From positions 19,779-83,778 of the forward strand of contig CAYYEX010000006.1 in assembly GCA_964471165.1 (NCBI GenBank): 64,000 bases of DNA, read 5' to 3'. Both the position numbers and the translations under genes were made by a program. This document shows positions 1 to 8,873 of the stretch, one piece after another. Numbering within the stretch: the first letter of the stretch is position 1; each line of letters opens with the position of its first letter. The DNA comes from an uncultured Candidatus Saccharibacteria bacterium (GTDB taxonomy: Bacteria > Patescibacteriota > Minisyncoccia > Phycocordibacterales > UBA2100). The notes below the pieces were generated by a model that made no database searches, was not told the DNA's origin, and saw nothing but the letters and a program-made list of their open reading frames with translations.

Positions 1-94
1 AGTCTTGTTCCGAATGCCGTGCGATATTCGGACAACTGGATTTACATGGCGGTACAAGGGAATGATTCTCTACGAATCCTAAAAGGAAACTAAT

Positions 95-526
95 ATGCAG
101 CGCGGCTTCACTCTGATAGAAACCCTCGTATACCTTGCCATTTTTTCAATGGTAATCGGCGGCATTGTGAGCGCCACATACCTACTCCTGCAGTCGAGTG
201 GCAAGGTGCAAACCAATGCAATGCTTTTACAGGAGGAGCAGTTTCTGATGGCTACATTCGAGCGGCTGGTTGGCCAATCTACCTCGGCCACAGTATCAAG
301 TGGTGTCCTTACGCTGAGCGGCCCAAACACGATTGGTTTAAGTGGTACCAATCTTGAATTGAACTCTGTCGCTTTAAATAACACAAACGTTCGTGTAACT
401 CGCGCTGCGTTTAGCGTTTCTGGAAGTCCAATTGGAGTAACCGCTGACATCACGGTCGAGGCCAACGCTCCGAATGGTCAGATAGTTACATATTCGGCTT
501 CAACCACGAAATATTTACGACAATGA
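95..526 (+). CDS. type IV pilin / pseudopilin-like protein. The N-terminus MQRGF|TLIETLVYLAIFSMV is a class III prepilin signal.
   Basis: The ORF starts with a GFTLIE prepilin cleavage/methylation motif followed by a hydrophobic helix. An AAGGAAA ribosome-binding site lies 6 nt upstream. It is the first gene of a same-strand pilin cluster. Confidence 0.7.
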   Translation: MQRGFTLIETLVYLAIFSMVIGGIVSATYLLLQSSGKVQTNAMLLQEEQFLMATFERLVGQSTSATVSSGVLTLSGPNTIGLSGTNLELNSVALNNTNVRVTRAAFSVSGSPIGVTADITVEANAPNGQIVTYSASTTKYLRQ

Positions 527-981
527 AGCATCACGATAACAACAGGGGATTCATAGCGCTGATGTCGGTGGTCATTATGTCGGCTATAGTGCTTGTGATG
601 ATATTCACGCTCGGCGCAAGTGTATTCTTTTCGCGATTCAGCGTACTCGACGGCGAAAACAAGCGCGTAAGCTTGGCCCTTGCCGAAGCCTGCACGAATA
701 CCGCAATGCTTAAGATTGCGCAGGATGCCGCGTATACAAAAAGTGGTACCGGAGAGTGCGTGAGTGTGTCTGATACCTGTGGTGTGAGCGGCGCAACCAA
801 AACGTGTCGTATCTGCCACGTGTCAAAAACGGGGAGTGTGTACACCATCCGCACGCGCGCCGTTTACAAAGGTGCATATACCAATCTCTCAGCAGCGGGC
901 ACGCTTGGTTCAACCAATTTTACTGTGTCGTCTTGGGGAGAAACATCCGCAAATCCAGACGTAAGTTGTGCGCTCCCATAG
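523..981 (+). CDS. pseudopilin-like protein (minor pilin, GspJ/PilX-like)
   Basis: An N-terminal hydrophobic segment (RGFIALMSVVIMSAIVLVMIF) follows a short charged leader. Its ATG overlaps the stop of the upstream pilin (ATGA), so the two are translationally coupled. Confidence 0.55.
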   Translation: MKHHDNNRGFIALMSVVIMSAIVLVMIFTLGASVFFSRFSVLDGENKRVSLALAEACTNTAMLKIAQDAAYTKSGTGECVSVSDTCGVSGATKTCRICHVSKTGSVYTIRTRAVYKGAYTNLSAAGTLGSTNFTVSSWGETSANPDVSCALP

Positions 982-1064
982 TCTTGCGAGCGGTGTGTAG
1001 CGTGGTATAACTGCCGGGCTACATTACGTGAGAAATTAATCAAGTATTAGAAAACACACATCAT

Positions 1065-1561
1065 ATGATGTCTACTCTTAATAAAAAGACACGCGGGTTC
1101 TCACTCTCATCGAAATCCTCGTCGTTATCGGCCTCATTGCCATTCTCGCGGCCATCGTGCTTATCGCCATCAACCCGGCCCGTCAGTTTGCCCAGGCTCG
1201 AAACTCCCAACGTGAGTCGAATGTAAATACGATTCTCAATGCAGTGGGTCAACATTTGGCAGATAATAAGGGCGTTGGCTTGAATAACTCGAATTGTGCA
1301 GGTCTTTCAACCGGCTCTGCTATACCTGTTGATCCGACACCAGCTGTGCAGATTGGATCGGGAGGCAGCTCTCAAGTTAACCTGTCATGTTTGATATCCA
1401 CCTATATCCCTACGGCTCTTCCAGTAGACCCTGACGGAGGCGCGGCTGCAAATACGCTTTACACCATTCAGGCAAGCTCAACTGGTCGATATACAATCTG
1501 TGCGCCTAAGCATGACGAGGCCGGTGTTCTCAATGCTGGGAACTACTGCCTCACTCGTTAA
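1065..1561 (+). pseudogene. type IV pilin gene disrupted by a frameshift
   Basis: MMSTLNKKTRGF (frame 0) is followed by TLIEILVVIGLIAILAAIVLIAINPARQF in frame +2. The break lies in the TC-rich run ttctcactctcatc (1098-1111). Removing 2 nt restores a canonical KKTRGFTLIEILVV pilin N-terminus. Confidence 0.5.
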
Positions 1562-1582
1562 TCTCACGAAAACCCCTCAACA

Positions 1583-1610
1583 AAACCCGCCGTTCGGCGG
1601 GTTTTGTTTT
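1583..1610 (+). terminator. intrinsic terminator after the pilin cluster
   Basis: The hairpin aacccgccg-ttcg-gcgggtt is followed by ttgttttt. Confidence 0.6.
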
Positions 1611-1744
1611 TGGTAAGCAGTGAGTTCGTGCGAAGTCAGACTTCGTACGTTTTTCATGTGGGGACACTGCCTTTGGATATTTCATGAACGAGGTGTATCA
1701 ATAGGAGTGGGACAGGGGGTTCGTCATACGTCAGGAGGCCTCAA

Positions 1745-1888
1745 ATGACGACCCTCTCTAAAACGAAAGAGCGTGAGCACGAAACAAAAGAGTGGAACTG
1801 GGGAGCAATATCCCTCGGCGCCATCATGACCGGTGTCGTGATGCTTATCGCTCTCTTCATCTGGTGGATTAAAATCCGTTTTGGTTGA
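1745..1888 (+). CDS. small membrane protein (47 aa, MTTLSKTKEREHETKEWNWGAISLGAIMTGVVMLIALFIWWIKIRFG)
   Basis: It is below the ORF-track cutoff. A strong AGGAGG lies 7 nt upstream of the ATG, there is a C-terminal transmembrane helix, and an intrinsic terminator follows at 1915-1949. Confidence 0.45.
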   Translation: MTTLSKTKEREHETKEWNWGAISLGAIMTGVVMLIALFIWWIKIRFG

Positions 1889-1914
1889 AACGGCACATCC
1901 ACTTCAACAGAAAA

Positions 1915-1949
1915 GCGCGCAGGGCTCGAGCCCCTGCGCCCTTTCTTTT
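1915..1949 (+). terminator. intrinsic terminator
   Basis: The hairpin gcgcagggctcgagcccctgcgc is followed by cctttcttttcc. Confidence 0.55.
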
Positions 1950-1957
1950 CCCCACCT

Positions 1958-1988
1958 TCTAACTTCAAGGTCGAACCTTGAAGTTAGA
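1958..1988. repeat. REP-like palindromic hairpin, copy 1 (14-bp stem, 3-nt loop)
   Basis: The arms tctaacttcaaggt / accttgaagttaga pair around a cga loop. The core cttcaaggtcgaaccttgaag is identical to 15119-15139. It overlaps the stop of the convergent HAD gene. Confidence 0.6.
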
Positions 1989-2826
1989 CGGAGCAGGCGG
2001 CGAGGATTTCGTCGACGATGCCGGGGGTTTCGTTTGGGTTTGTTACGGTGCGCGTTTGAATGCCGGTGGGAATGACGACTTCATCGTTGCCTCCGGGATA
2101 GAGGGCATCACCCACGTAGAGCATCTGGTCCGGCGTAGTTTGCAAAAAGTCTGCATACCATTTCACACCATACGACTTATTGGTGTCTTTGCGCGTAAAG
2201 TCGATGGTGGAAGCGCCACCAATCAAAATATCAAACTCAGAAAGCTTTTCGTGCAGCACGCGCGCAATTCGCAATCGTTTTTCTGCGGTCGGGTCCCACC
2301 CGGCTTTCACATCGGTCTGCGCTTGAGTTCCCACCGGCGTAAAAGCAATCTGCGCTTCGCGGTCTATGATTTGTTCGCCGACTGGAATCACGTCTTTCAT
2401 ATCAGGGTCCTCTAGAAGCGCGATTCGCAGCACGTCTTTGATTCTTGCCCGCTCTTCATCGGTGAGCAGGTGGCTATAGATAGTCTCCCACACTCCGTTT
2501 TTTAGCATAAAACACTGCGACGAACTGTTGGGAAAGAGGACTAGGTTTGTGGGCGGTTCCGGCAAGTGGGCTACCACATCCCGCTGGATTCGCTCGAACC
2601 CCGCACCGCTCATAATGGCCACAGGAATGGCCTTCTGGAGGGCTGTCAGGCGCTCCAACATGAGTGGGGTGGGGGAATTGAAACTCACCGCGAGCGTCTC
2701 ATCGAGGTCAAAAATGGCCGCTTTGGGGCATTGCATGTGTAGAGAGCGTAACACATAAATATTCGAGCAATGCACACCATTCACACACTGGCGGGTCAAA
2801 TCGGGTGTTAGAATTACACCATACAA
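1984..2826 (-). CDS. HAD-superfamily hydrolase, subfamily IIB (sugar-phosphate phosphatase-like)
   Basis: Motif I is FDLDETL and the C-terminal motif is GDALYPGGNDE. It is paralogous to 18401-19123. Confidence 0.7.
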   Translation of the reverse strand: MYGVILTPDLTRQCVNGVHCSNIYVLRSLHMQCPKAAIFDLDETLAVSFNSPTPLMLERLTALQKAIPVAIMSGAGFERIQRDVVAHLPEPPTNLVLFPNSSSQCFMLKNGVWETIYSHLLTDEERARIKDVLRIALLEDPDMKDVIPVGEQIIDREAQIAFTPVGTQAQTDVKAGWDPTAEKRLRIARVLHEKLSEFDILIGGASTIDFTRKDTNKSYGVKWYADFLQTTPDQMLYVGDALYPGGNDEVVIPTGIQTRTVTNPNETPGIVDEILAACSV

Positions 2827-2835
2827 TCTGCAGCC

Positions 2836-4047
2836 ATGAAGCCCCGTATTCTGATGTTCGGGTGGGAGTTTCCACCGTTCAATAGCGGCGGTTTAGGGGT
2901 GGCATGCCAGGGACTCACCAAATCACTCTCCGAGCGAGGGTTCCAAGTTACCTTTGTGATGCCACGAAAACTCGCAATTTCATCGCCGCATGCACGAATG
3001 GTTTTTGCCGACAACGCCGACGTAAAGATTCGCAGCTTTGATTCTGTGCTCGAGCCCTATATGACAAGCAAGTCGTATTTGCGTGAACGAACGCAAGAAG
3101 GCACAACCATCTACGGACGCGATTTGTTCGAGGAGGTTGAGCGCTACAAAATGATGGGCTCAGAAATCGCCAAAGAAGAAGACTTCGACATTATCTATGC
3201 TCACGACTGGCTTTCGTTTGGTGCGGGTGTGGAGGCCAAGTACGCAACTGGTAAACCCCTCATCGTGCACGTGCACGCTACCGAGTTCGACCGCTGCGGC
3301 GGACCCAACGTAAACCAGCATGTATATAACGTGGAGAAATGGGGAATGGAAGAAGCCGATCGCGTAATTGCAGTTTCGGAGCTCACGCGACAAATCATCA
3401 TCAAGGAATACGGTATTAACCCTGACAAGGTGCGCGTTGTGCACAACGGAATCGACGAAAGCACCGCACCATCCGGCGCCGGCTGGAAGCGCATGCGCTC
3501 ACTCAAGGCTGCCGGATACAAAGTTGTGTTGTTTTTGGGCCGCATCACCATCCAAAAAGGACCCGACTACTTTATTCGAGCGGCGCAGCGCGTGCTGGAG
3601 CGCAATCCGAAAGTAATGTTCGTGGTTTCGGGCTCAGGCGATATGGAAGAAGGCATGATGAGGCTTGCCGCACAACTCAATATTTCTCAGAATGTACTCT
3701 TTACCGGATTCCTCTCGGGCGGAGACCGCCACGAGATGTATACATCGTCGGATTTGTTCGTCATGCCGTCAATTTCGGAACCATTTGGTATTACACCGCT
3801 CGAAGCAATGAAATTGGGCACGCCCGTCATGATTTCCAAGCAATCAGGTGTTTCAGAGATTGTGCGCCACGCACTCAAAATCGATTTCTGGGATGTTGAC
3901 GAAATGGCCAACAAAATCCTCTCGGTTGTTGGAAATCCCGGGCTCAAAGAAACACTCTCGCAATACGCACGTGATGAAGCAGACAAAATCACCTGGGCCG
4001 ACGCCGCAAAAAAGGTAGATGGGATTGTTCGCGAACTCGTACATTAG
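2836..4047 (+). CDS. glycosyltransferase, glycogen/alpha-glucan synthase-like (GT4/GT5)
   Basis: The N-terminal motif FPPFNSGGLGVA resembles the K-T-G-G-L glucan-synthase motif, and the ORF has a GT-B length. It is the first gene of the glucan cluster. Confidence 0.75.
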   Translation: MKPRILMFGWEFPPFNSGGLGVACQGLTKSLSERGFQVTFVMPRKLAISSPHARMVFADNADVKIRSFDSVLEPYMTSKSYLRERTQEGTTIYGRDLFEEVERYKMMGSEIAKEEDFDIIYAHDWLSFGAGVEAKYATGKPLIVHVHATEFDRCGGPNVNQHVYNVEKWGMEEADRVIAVSELTRQIIIKEYGINPDKVRVVHNGIDESTAPSGAGWKRMRSLKAAGYKVVLFLGRITIQKGPDYFIRAAQRVLERNPKVMFVVSGSGDMEEGMMRLAAQLNISQNVLFTGFLSGGDRHEMYTSSDLFVMPSISEPFGITPLEAMKLGTPVMISKQSGVSEIVRHALKIDFWDVDEMANKILSVVGNPGLKETLSQYARDEADKITWADAAKKVDGIVRELVH

Positions 4048-4111
4048 GAGTTCTCCACTGCTGCGAAAATAAATCGAGATTTTAGGCGGTATAATACGGA
4101 TAATTCTCTGT

Positions 4112-5308
4112 ATGAAATCGGTCTGCTTTTATTTCCAAGTTCACCAGCCATATAGAGTAAAGAAGTATCGGGTCTTCGATATAGGGAATGACCCGGAATA
4201 CTTTAACGACCGTTCCGACACTTCTCTCAACAACCGAAAAATCGTAGAGAAGGTTGCAAACAAGTCGTACATCCCGGCAACTCGATTGTTGTTGGATTTA
4301 ATGAAGCGTCATCCGGAGTTCCACGTGAGCTTTTCGTTTTCCGGGATTGCACTCGAACAGCTCGAGCGGCATGCTCCCGAAGCACTCGATTTGTTCAAAC
4401 AGGTGGTTGATACTGGGCGCGCAGAAGTGCTTGGCGAAACCTACTACCATAGCCTCGCGTTTTTCTATTCGCCGGCAGAGTTTGAACGACAGGTTACCAA
4501 GCACCGCGATATCATTCGACGCATTTTTGGTGCCCGACCACGGGTGTTCCGCAATACCGAGCTTTCGTACCGCAACGATTTGGCCACGTGGGCCGATAGC
4601 CAGGGTTATGCAGGCGTCATCTCCGAAGGTTGGGACCCGATTTTGGGCTGGCGCTCACCGAACTATGTCTACACTCCGAAGGGGGCAAACAGCACGCGCT
4701 TGTTGATGAAAAACTACCGCCTCTCCGACGACGTAGCGTTTCGTTTCTCGTCGCGAGAGTGGAGCGAGTGGCCACTTACTGCAGAAAAGTTTGGACAGTG
4801 GCTCTCTGCTGCAGACGGCGACACAATTAACCTGTTCATGGACTACGAAACATTTGGAGAACACCAGTGGGAAGACTCCGGCATCTTTGCGTTCCTCGAT
4901 AAATTGCCAGAAGAAGTGTATCGCAATCCAGAAATCGGATTCCACACACCGTCGCAAGTTATTCAACAATACGAAGCGCGCGACGAAGTCGATATGCCGC
5001 ATATTGTTACCTGGGCAGACACTGACCGCGATTTGACCGCGTGGGTGGGCAACCCAATGCAGAAAGCTGCGATTGAAGCCGTGTACTCACTCGAAAACGA
5101 TGTCTTGCAGGCAAACGACGGCAGGCTCATCGAGGACTGGCGCAAGCTCCAGACGTCGGACCACTTCTACTACATGTGCACCAAGTGGTCAGCAGATGGC
5201 GATGTGCACGCATACTTTTCGCCATACGAGTCTCCATATGATGCCTACATCGCGTACATGAACGCGCTCTCTGATCTTCGACTTCGAGTGCAGAAGATAA
5301 AGATGTAG
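4112..5308 (+). CDS. glycoside hydrolase family 57 protein (alpha-amylase / glucan-processing enzyme)
   Basis: It has the N-terminal FQVHQPYR motif characteristic of GH57 and an appropriate length. Confidence 0.75.
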   Translation: MKSVCFYFQVHQPYRVKKYRVFDIGNDPEYFNDRSDTSLNNRKIVEKVANKSYIPATRLLLDLMKRHPEFHVSFSFSGIALEQLERHAPEALDLFKQVVDTGRAEVLGETYYHSLAFFYSPAEFERQVTKHRDIIRRIFGARPRVFRNTELSYRNDLATWADSQGYAGVISEGWDPILGWRSPNYVYTPKGANSTRLLMKNYRLSDDVAFRFSSREWSEWPLTAEKFGQWLSAADGDTINLFMDYETFGEHQWEDSGIFAFLDKLPEEVYRNPEIGFHTPSQVIQQYEARDEVDMPHIVTWADTDRDLTAWVGNPMQKAAIEAVYSLENDVLQANDGRLIEDWRKLQTSDHFYYMCTKWSADGDVHAYFSPYESPYDAYIAYMNALSDLRLRVQKIKM

Positions 5309-5348
5309 CAATCCGAGCAGTTGGGCTGCGCCGTGCGCAAAACAGAAT

Positions 5349-7310
5349 ATGTCGAGATCAATGGTTCTATCCAATGGAGAGTTATGTGTCGCGTTTGACC
5401 ACAACGCGCTTATTCGTGATATCTACTATCCGCACGTTGGACTTGAAGACCATGTGCGCGGTCACTACATTCACCGTGTAGGTATTTGGGTTGACGGTAC
5501 GATGTCGTGGTTCGGAGATGACTCGAGGTGGGAGATTCGCGTTGGTTCTGAAACGGATGCGCTGGCTGGTGCAACAGTTGCCTGGCACCCTGATTTGCGT
5601 GTTGAAATAAAGCTTACCGACATCATCTATCACGATAAGCCGATTCTTGTTCGCCGTGCCTCTGTGCTCAACAAGGGCGACCAGAATCGCGTGATTAAGA
5701 TGTATTTTGCGCACCAGTTCGAGATTTACAAGGCGCATGGTTCAGACACAGCATATTTTGACCCCGCATCGCACTCCATTATTCACTACAAGGGGCATCG
5801 CGTGTTCATCATGAGTGGCACCCTCGATGGCGAGCGCTTTGAAGACTATGTAATGGGTCGCGCAAATTTCCAGGGTAAAGAAGGTTCGCATCGCGATGCC
5901 GACGACGGGCAACTCACAAAAAATCCGATTGAACACGGTCCGGCTGATTCCGTGATGGGACTCTACGCGTCGTACGCACCAGGACAATCGCGCACGGTGT
6001 ACTACACGCTCGCTGCAGCAAAGTCGATTCGCGAAGCACACGAGCTGCAGGATTTCATAGAAAAAAAGACTGCGGAGAAGCTCATTAAGGAAGCCGCTAA
6101 CTTCTGGCATGCATGGGTAAACGCGTATCAGTGGAATTTTCGCGACCTCTCACCAGAGCACATTACGCTTTTTAAACGCTCGCTCATGTTTATGCGCGCG
6201 CACGTCGACAAAGACGGGGCAATTATTGCCTCTGTTGATTCCGACATGCTCCAGTACGGGCTCGATACGTATTCCTACATGTGGCCGCGCGATAGCGCGT
6301 ATGTGGCACACGCGCTCGATATGGCGGGAGACACCCACATTTCTCGCCGCTTCTTTGAGTTCTGCCGCGAAGTCATTCACGAGAAGGGATATTTGATGCA
6401 CAAATACTTGCCCGACTTCTCGCTCGGCTCCTCGTGGCACCCGTGGCTCAAGGATGGTCAAGTGCAATTGCCGATTCAAGAAGACGAGACCGCCCTTGTC
6501 ATATGGGCACTGTACGAGCACTACATGCAGAGCAAGGATTTGGAGTTTCTCGAAACAATGTACGCGCCACTCGTAGAAAAGGCTGCGAACTTTCTTGTTC
6601 GCTACCGCGATGAGGCAACGGGGCTGCCGGATGCATCGTATGACTTGTGGGAACGAAAGCGCGGCATTTCTACCTATACAAGCTCCACGGTTTTCGGCGC
6701 ACTCAAGGCAGCGCACGAACTATCTAAGATTCTTGGGCGTGATAGCAATGCCGAAATTTATGAGAAAGCCGCGGAGGAAATTCGTGAAGCCATACTCAAG
6801 CATCTATGGGACGAAAAAGAGGGGATATTTGTGAACATGCTCGTGCGCACCAAGGACGGTGCAACATTTGACCGAACCGTCGACATATCGAGCGCCTATG
6901 GAATATTCAGTTTCGGAGTATTACCGACTACGGACCCGCGACTTGAACGAGCATTTGAACAGTCGGTGCGCATTTTGTCGCACGGGATTCCGGCAGGCGG
7001 CATAGCTCGTTTTACCAACGATGACTACTACCAGGTCGTTACGACCGCACCAGGGAATCCATGGGTAATTACAACGCTTTTCTACGCGGAATATCTGATT
7101 GCAAAGGCAAAGCACCCGCAAGATTTGAACCGTGTGCGAGACATTTTCTCCTGGGTGGTTAAACATGCCCAACCAAGCGGAGTGCTCTCGGAGCAAATGC
7201 ATCCGGATACCGGGCTCCAGATTGGGGCCACCCCGCTCACATGGGCGCATGCGTCGTATGTGAGTGCAGTTTTGCAATACCTCGCAAAGGCCGACGAACT
7301 CGGGGTGTAG
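5349..7310 (+). CDS. glycoside hydrolase family 15 glucoamylase/glucodextranase-like protein
   Basis: Length (653 aa) and the N-terminal ALIRDIYYPHVG region fit GH15, which has a C-terminal (alpha/alpha)6 catalytic domain. A second GH15-like gene lies at 26723. Confidence 0.75.
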   Translation: MSRSMVLSNGELCVAFDHNALIRDIYYPHVGLEDHVRGHYIHRVGIWVDGTMSWFGDDSRWEIRVGSETDALAGATVAWHPDLRVEIKLTDIIYHDKPILVRRASVLNKGDQNRVIKMYFAHQFEIYKAHGSDTAYFDPASHSIIHYKGHRVFIMSGTLDGERFEDYVMGRANFQGKEGSHRDADDGQLTKNPIEHGPADSVMGLYASYAPGQSRTVYYTLAAAKSIREAHELQDFIEKKTAEKLIKEAANFWHAWVNAYQWNFRDLSPEHITLFKRSLMFMRAHVDKDGAIIASVDSDMLQYGLDTYSYMWPRDSAYVAHALDMAGDTHISRRFFEFCREVIHEKGYLMHKYLPDFSLGSSWHPWLKDGQVQLPIQEDETALVIWALYEHYMQSKDLEFLETMYAPLVEKAANFLVRYRDEATGLPDASYDLWERKRGISTYTSSTVFGALKAAHELSKILGRDSNAEIYEKAAEEIREAILKHLWDEKEGIFVNMLVRTKDGATFDRTVDISSAYGIFSFGVLPTTDPRLERAFEQSVRILSHGIPAGGIARFTNDDYYQVVTTAPGNPWVITTLFYAEYLIAKAKHPQDLNRVRDIFSWVVKHAQPSGVLSEQMHPDTGLQIGATPLTWAHASYVSAVLQYLAKADELGV

Positions 7311-7329
7311 GCCCTGCTACAATCGTTGT

Positions 7330-7926
7330 ATGGACTTTACCGAATTTGAGCCGTACGCAGCTCGCTCTCACGAGAAGATGCGTGATGTGCTCATGCAGCC
7401 CAACGCCAAAGGACCGGCGATTCACTACTACATGATTCGCGGCGGCAAAAACAAGAAAAACGTGACAGTGTGGGAGTCGGGCACTGTGGGTGGTGAATAC
7501 ATCAAAACCTACGGCCACTACCATATCGGAAATCTCGACGAAACGTATTGGATTGTGCAGGGAGAAGGCGTGGCACTGTTGCAGAAGATGGTAGAAGAGA
7601 ACGGCGTGTACCAACCAGACAAAATCGAAGAGTTCAAAGCCGTTCGAGTAAAAGCAGGGGATTCGGTGTATATGCCACCAGGATACGGACATTTGGTAGT
7701 GAATACGGGTCCGCAATGGCTCGTAACCACCGATGATTCGCCGGTGGCAGATGCGGGGGACTCGGCCTCCATGCCGGGGCATGCCGACTACGAGCAGGTA
7801 AAGAAAATGGGAGGCTTTGCCTACTACGTGATTGAACAAAATGGTTCTCCCGCCTTGGTGAAGAATCCTCGCTATACTGAAGTACGTGCATCAGACTTCG
7901 GTGGCCTACCGATTGCGACTCAATAA
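7330..7926 (+). CDS. cupin-type (archaeal-type) glucose-6-phosphate isomerase
   Basis: It carries the TYGHYH...ETY...G motif and GDSVYMPPGYGHLVVNTG (PF06560-like). The start was chosen at MDFTEF because the upstream in-frame part overlaps the GH15 gene. Confidence 0.65.
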   Translation: MDFTEFEPYAARSHEKMRDVLMQPNAKGPAIHYYMIRGGKNKKNVTVWESGTVGGEYIKTYGHYHIGNLDETYWIVQGEGVALLQKMVEENGVYQPDKIEEFKAVRVKAGDSVYMPPGYGHLVVNTGPQWLVTTDDSPVADAGDSASMPGHADYEQVKKMGGFAYYVIEQNGSPALVKNPRYTEVRASDFGGLPIATQ

Positions 7927-7932
7927 AAAATT

Positions 7933-8754
7933 ATGTTCATCGTTGCAGACATAGGTGGGACAAAAATACGCATCGCAAAGAGCGATGATTTGAAAACATT
8001 TGGGGAACCAATTATCCAGAATACGCCGCAGGATTATCCCTCTGGCATCGAACTCTTTAAATCAACGGTGCAAGACTTAGTGGGCATTGGCACAAAACTC
8101 GATGGAGTAGCTATCGGAATCGCCGGCCCGCTCTCGCCCGACAAGCGCAGTACGTATCTCACGCCGCACTTGCAATGGGGCGGTCGCACACTCGCCGACG
8201 ATATGGAGTCTGCGCTATCCGCAAAAGTGCATCTTGAAAACGACGTTGCACTTGTGGGACTTGGCGAGGCCGTTGTTGGGCCGGGAGCGTCGGCATCAAT
8301 AGTGGCCTACATTACCGTTTCAACCGGGGTAAATGGGGTGCGCATCGTGGACCAAAAGATTGACCGCTCAGCAGAAGGATTCGAAATCGGCGGGCAGTTT
8401 ATGTCGGTGGAGGAGCCGATTCTCACACTCGAAGATATGGTTTCTGGAACCGCCGTTGAAAAGACGTTTGGCATGAAGCCAAGAGATATAGGCAAAGACA
8501 ATCCGGTGTGGGAGGAGCTTGCGCAAATTCTTGCCTACGGTGTGCATAACACAATCGTGCATTGGTCGCCAAACCGCGTCATCCTAGGAGGTTCCATGTT
8601 TAACGAAGTTGGTATTTCGGTCGCGAGTGTGGAGAAGCACGTAAAAGAAGTAATGAAAAAGTTTCCAATAGTTCCGGAAATTGTTCACTCAGGCCTCGGC
8701 GACGTGGGCGGACTCCATGGGGGGCTGGAGTTGCTGAGACAATCTCATTCATAA
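7933..8754 (+). CDS. ROK/BadF-type sugar kinase (putative glucokinase)
   Basis: It has an N-terminal ADIGGTKIR ATPase motif of the actin-fold sugar kinases and is the last gene of the glucan cluster. There is no ROK Zn-Cys motif, so the family is uncertain. Confidence 0.6.
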   Translation: MFIVADIGGTKIRIAKSDDLKTFGEPIIQNTPQDYPSGIELFKSTVQDLVGIGTKLDGVAIGIAGPLSPDKRSTYLTPHLQWGGRTLADDMESALSAKVHLENDVALVGLGEAVVGPGASASIVAYITVSTGVNGVRIVDQKIDRSAEGFEIGGQFMSVEEPILTLEDMVSGTAVEKTFGMKPRDIGKDNPVWEELAQILAYGVHNTIVHWSPNRVILGGSMFNEVGISVASVEKHVKEVMKKFPIVPEIVHSGLGDVGGLHGGLELLRQSHS

Positions 8755-8864
8755 ACCCGCATACATTTACGGTACGCGTAATTTTCTGCTGAAAATTCGC
8801 TCGGTCACGCTGTCCGGGGTCGTCTGACGACGCGCTTGCGAAGCCCGTAAATATATACGGGTTT
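8753..8864. mobile_element. MITE-like / structured repeat element A (112 bp, imperfect 20-bp terminal inverted repeats)
   Basis: The ends aaacccgcatacatttacgg and ccgtaaatatatacgggttt are inverse-complementary with 2 mismatches. It shares the subterminal cores CGGTACGCGT..TTTTCTG.TGAAAAT and CGCGCTTGCGAAGCCCG.AAATA with element B at 19731. Confidence 0.55.
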
Positions 8865-8873
8865 ATTCCTCGC

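Noticed and set aside
1741-1968. 75-aa minus-strand ORF in the pilin-HAD intergenic region
   Set aside because: Its composition is poor and it overlaps two terminators. The plus-strand 47-aa ORF with an AGGAGG site is preferred.
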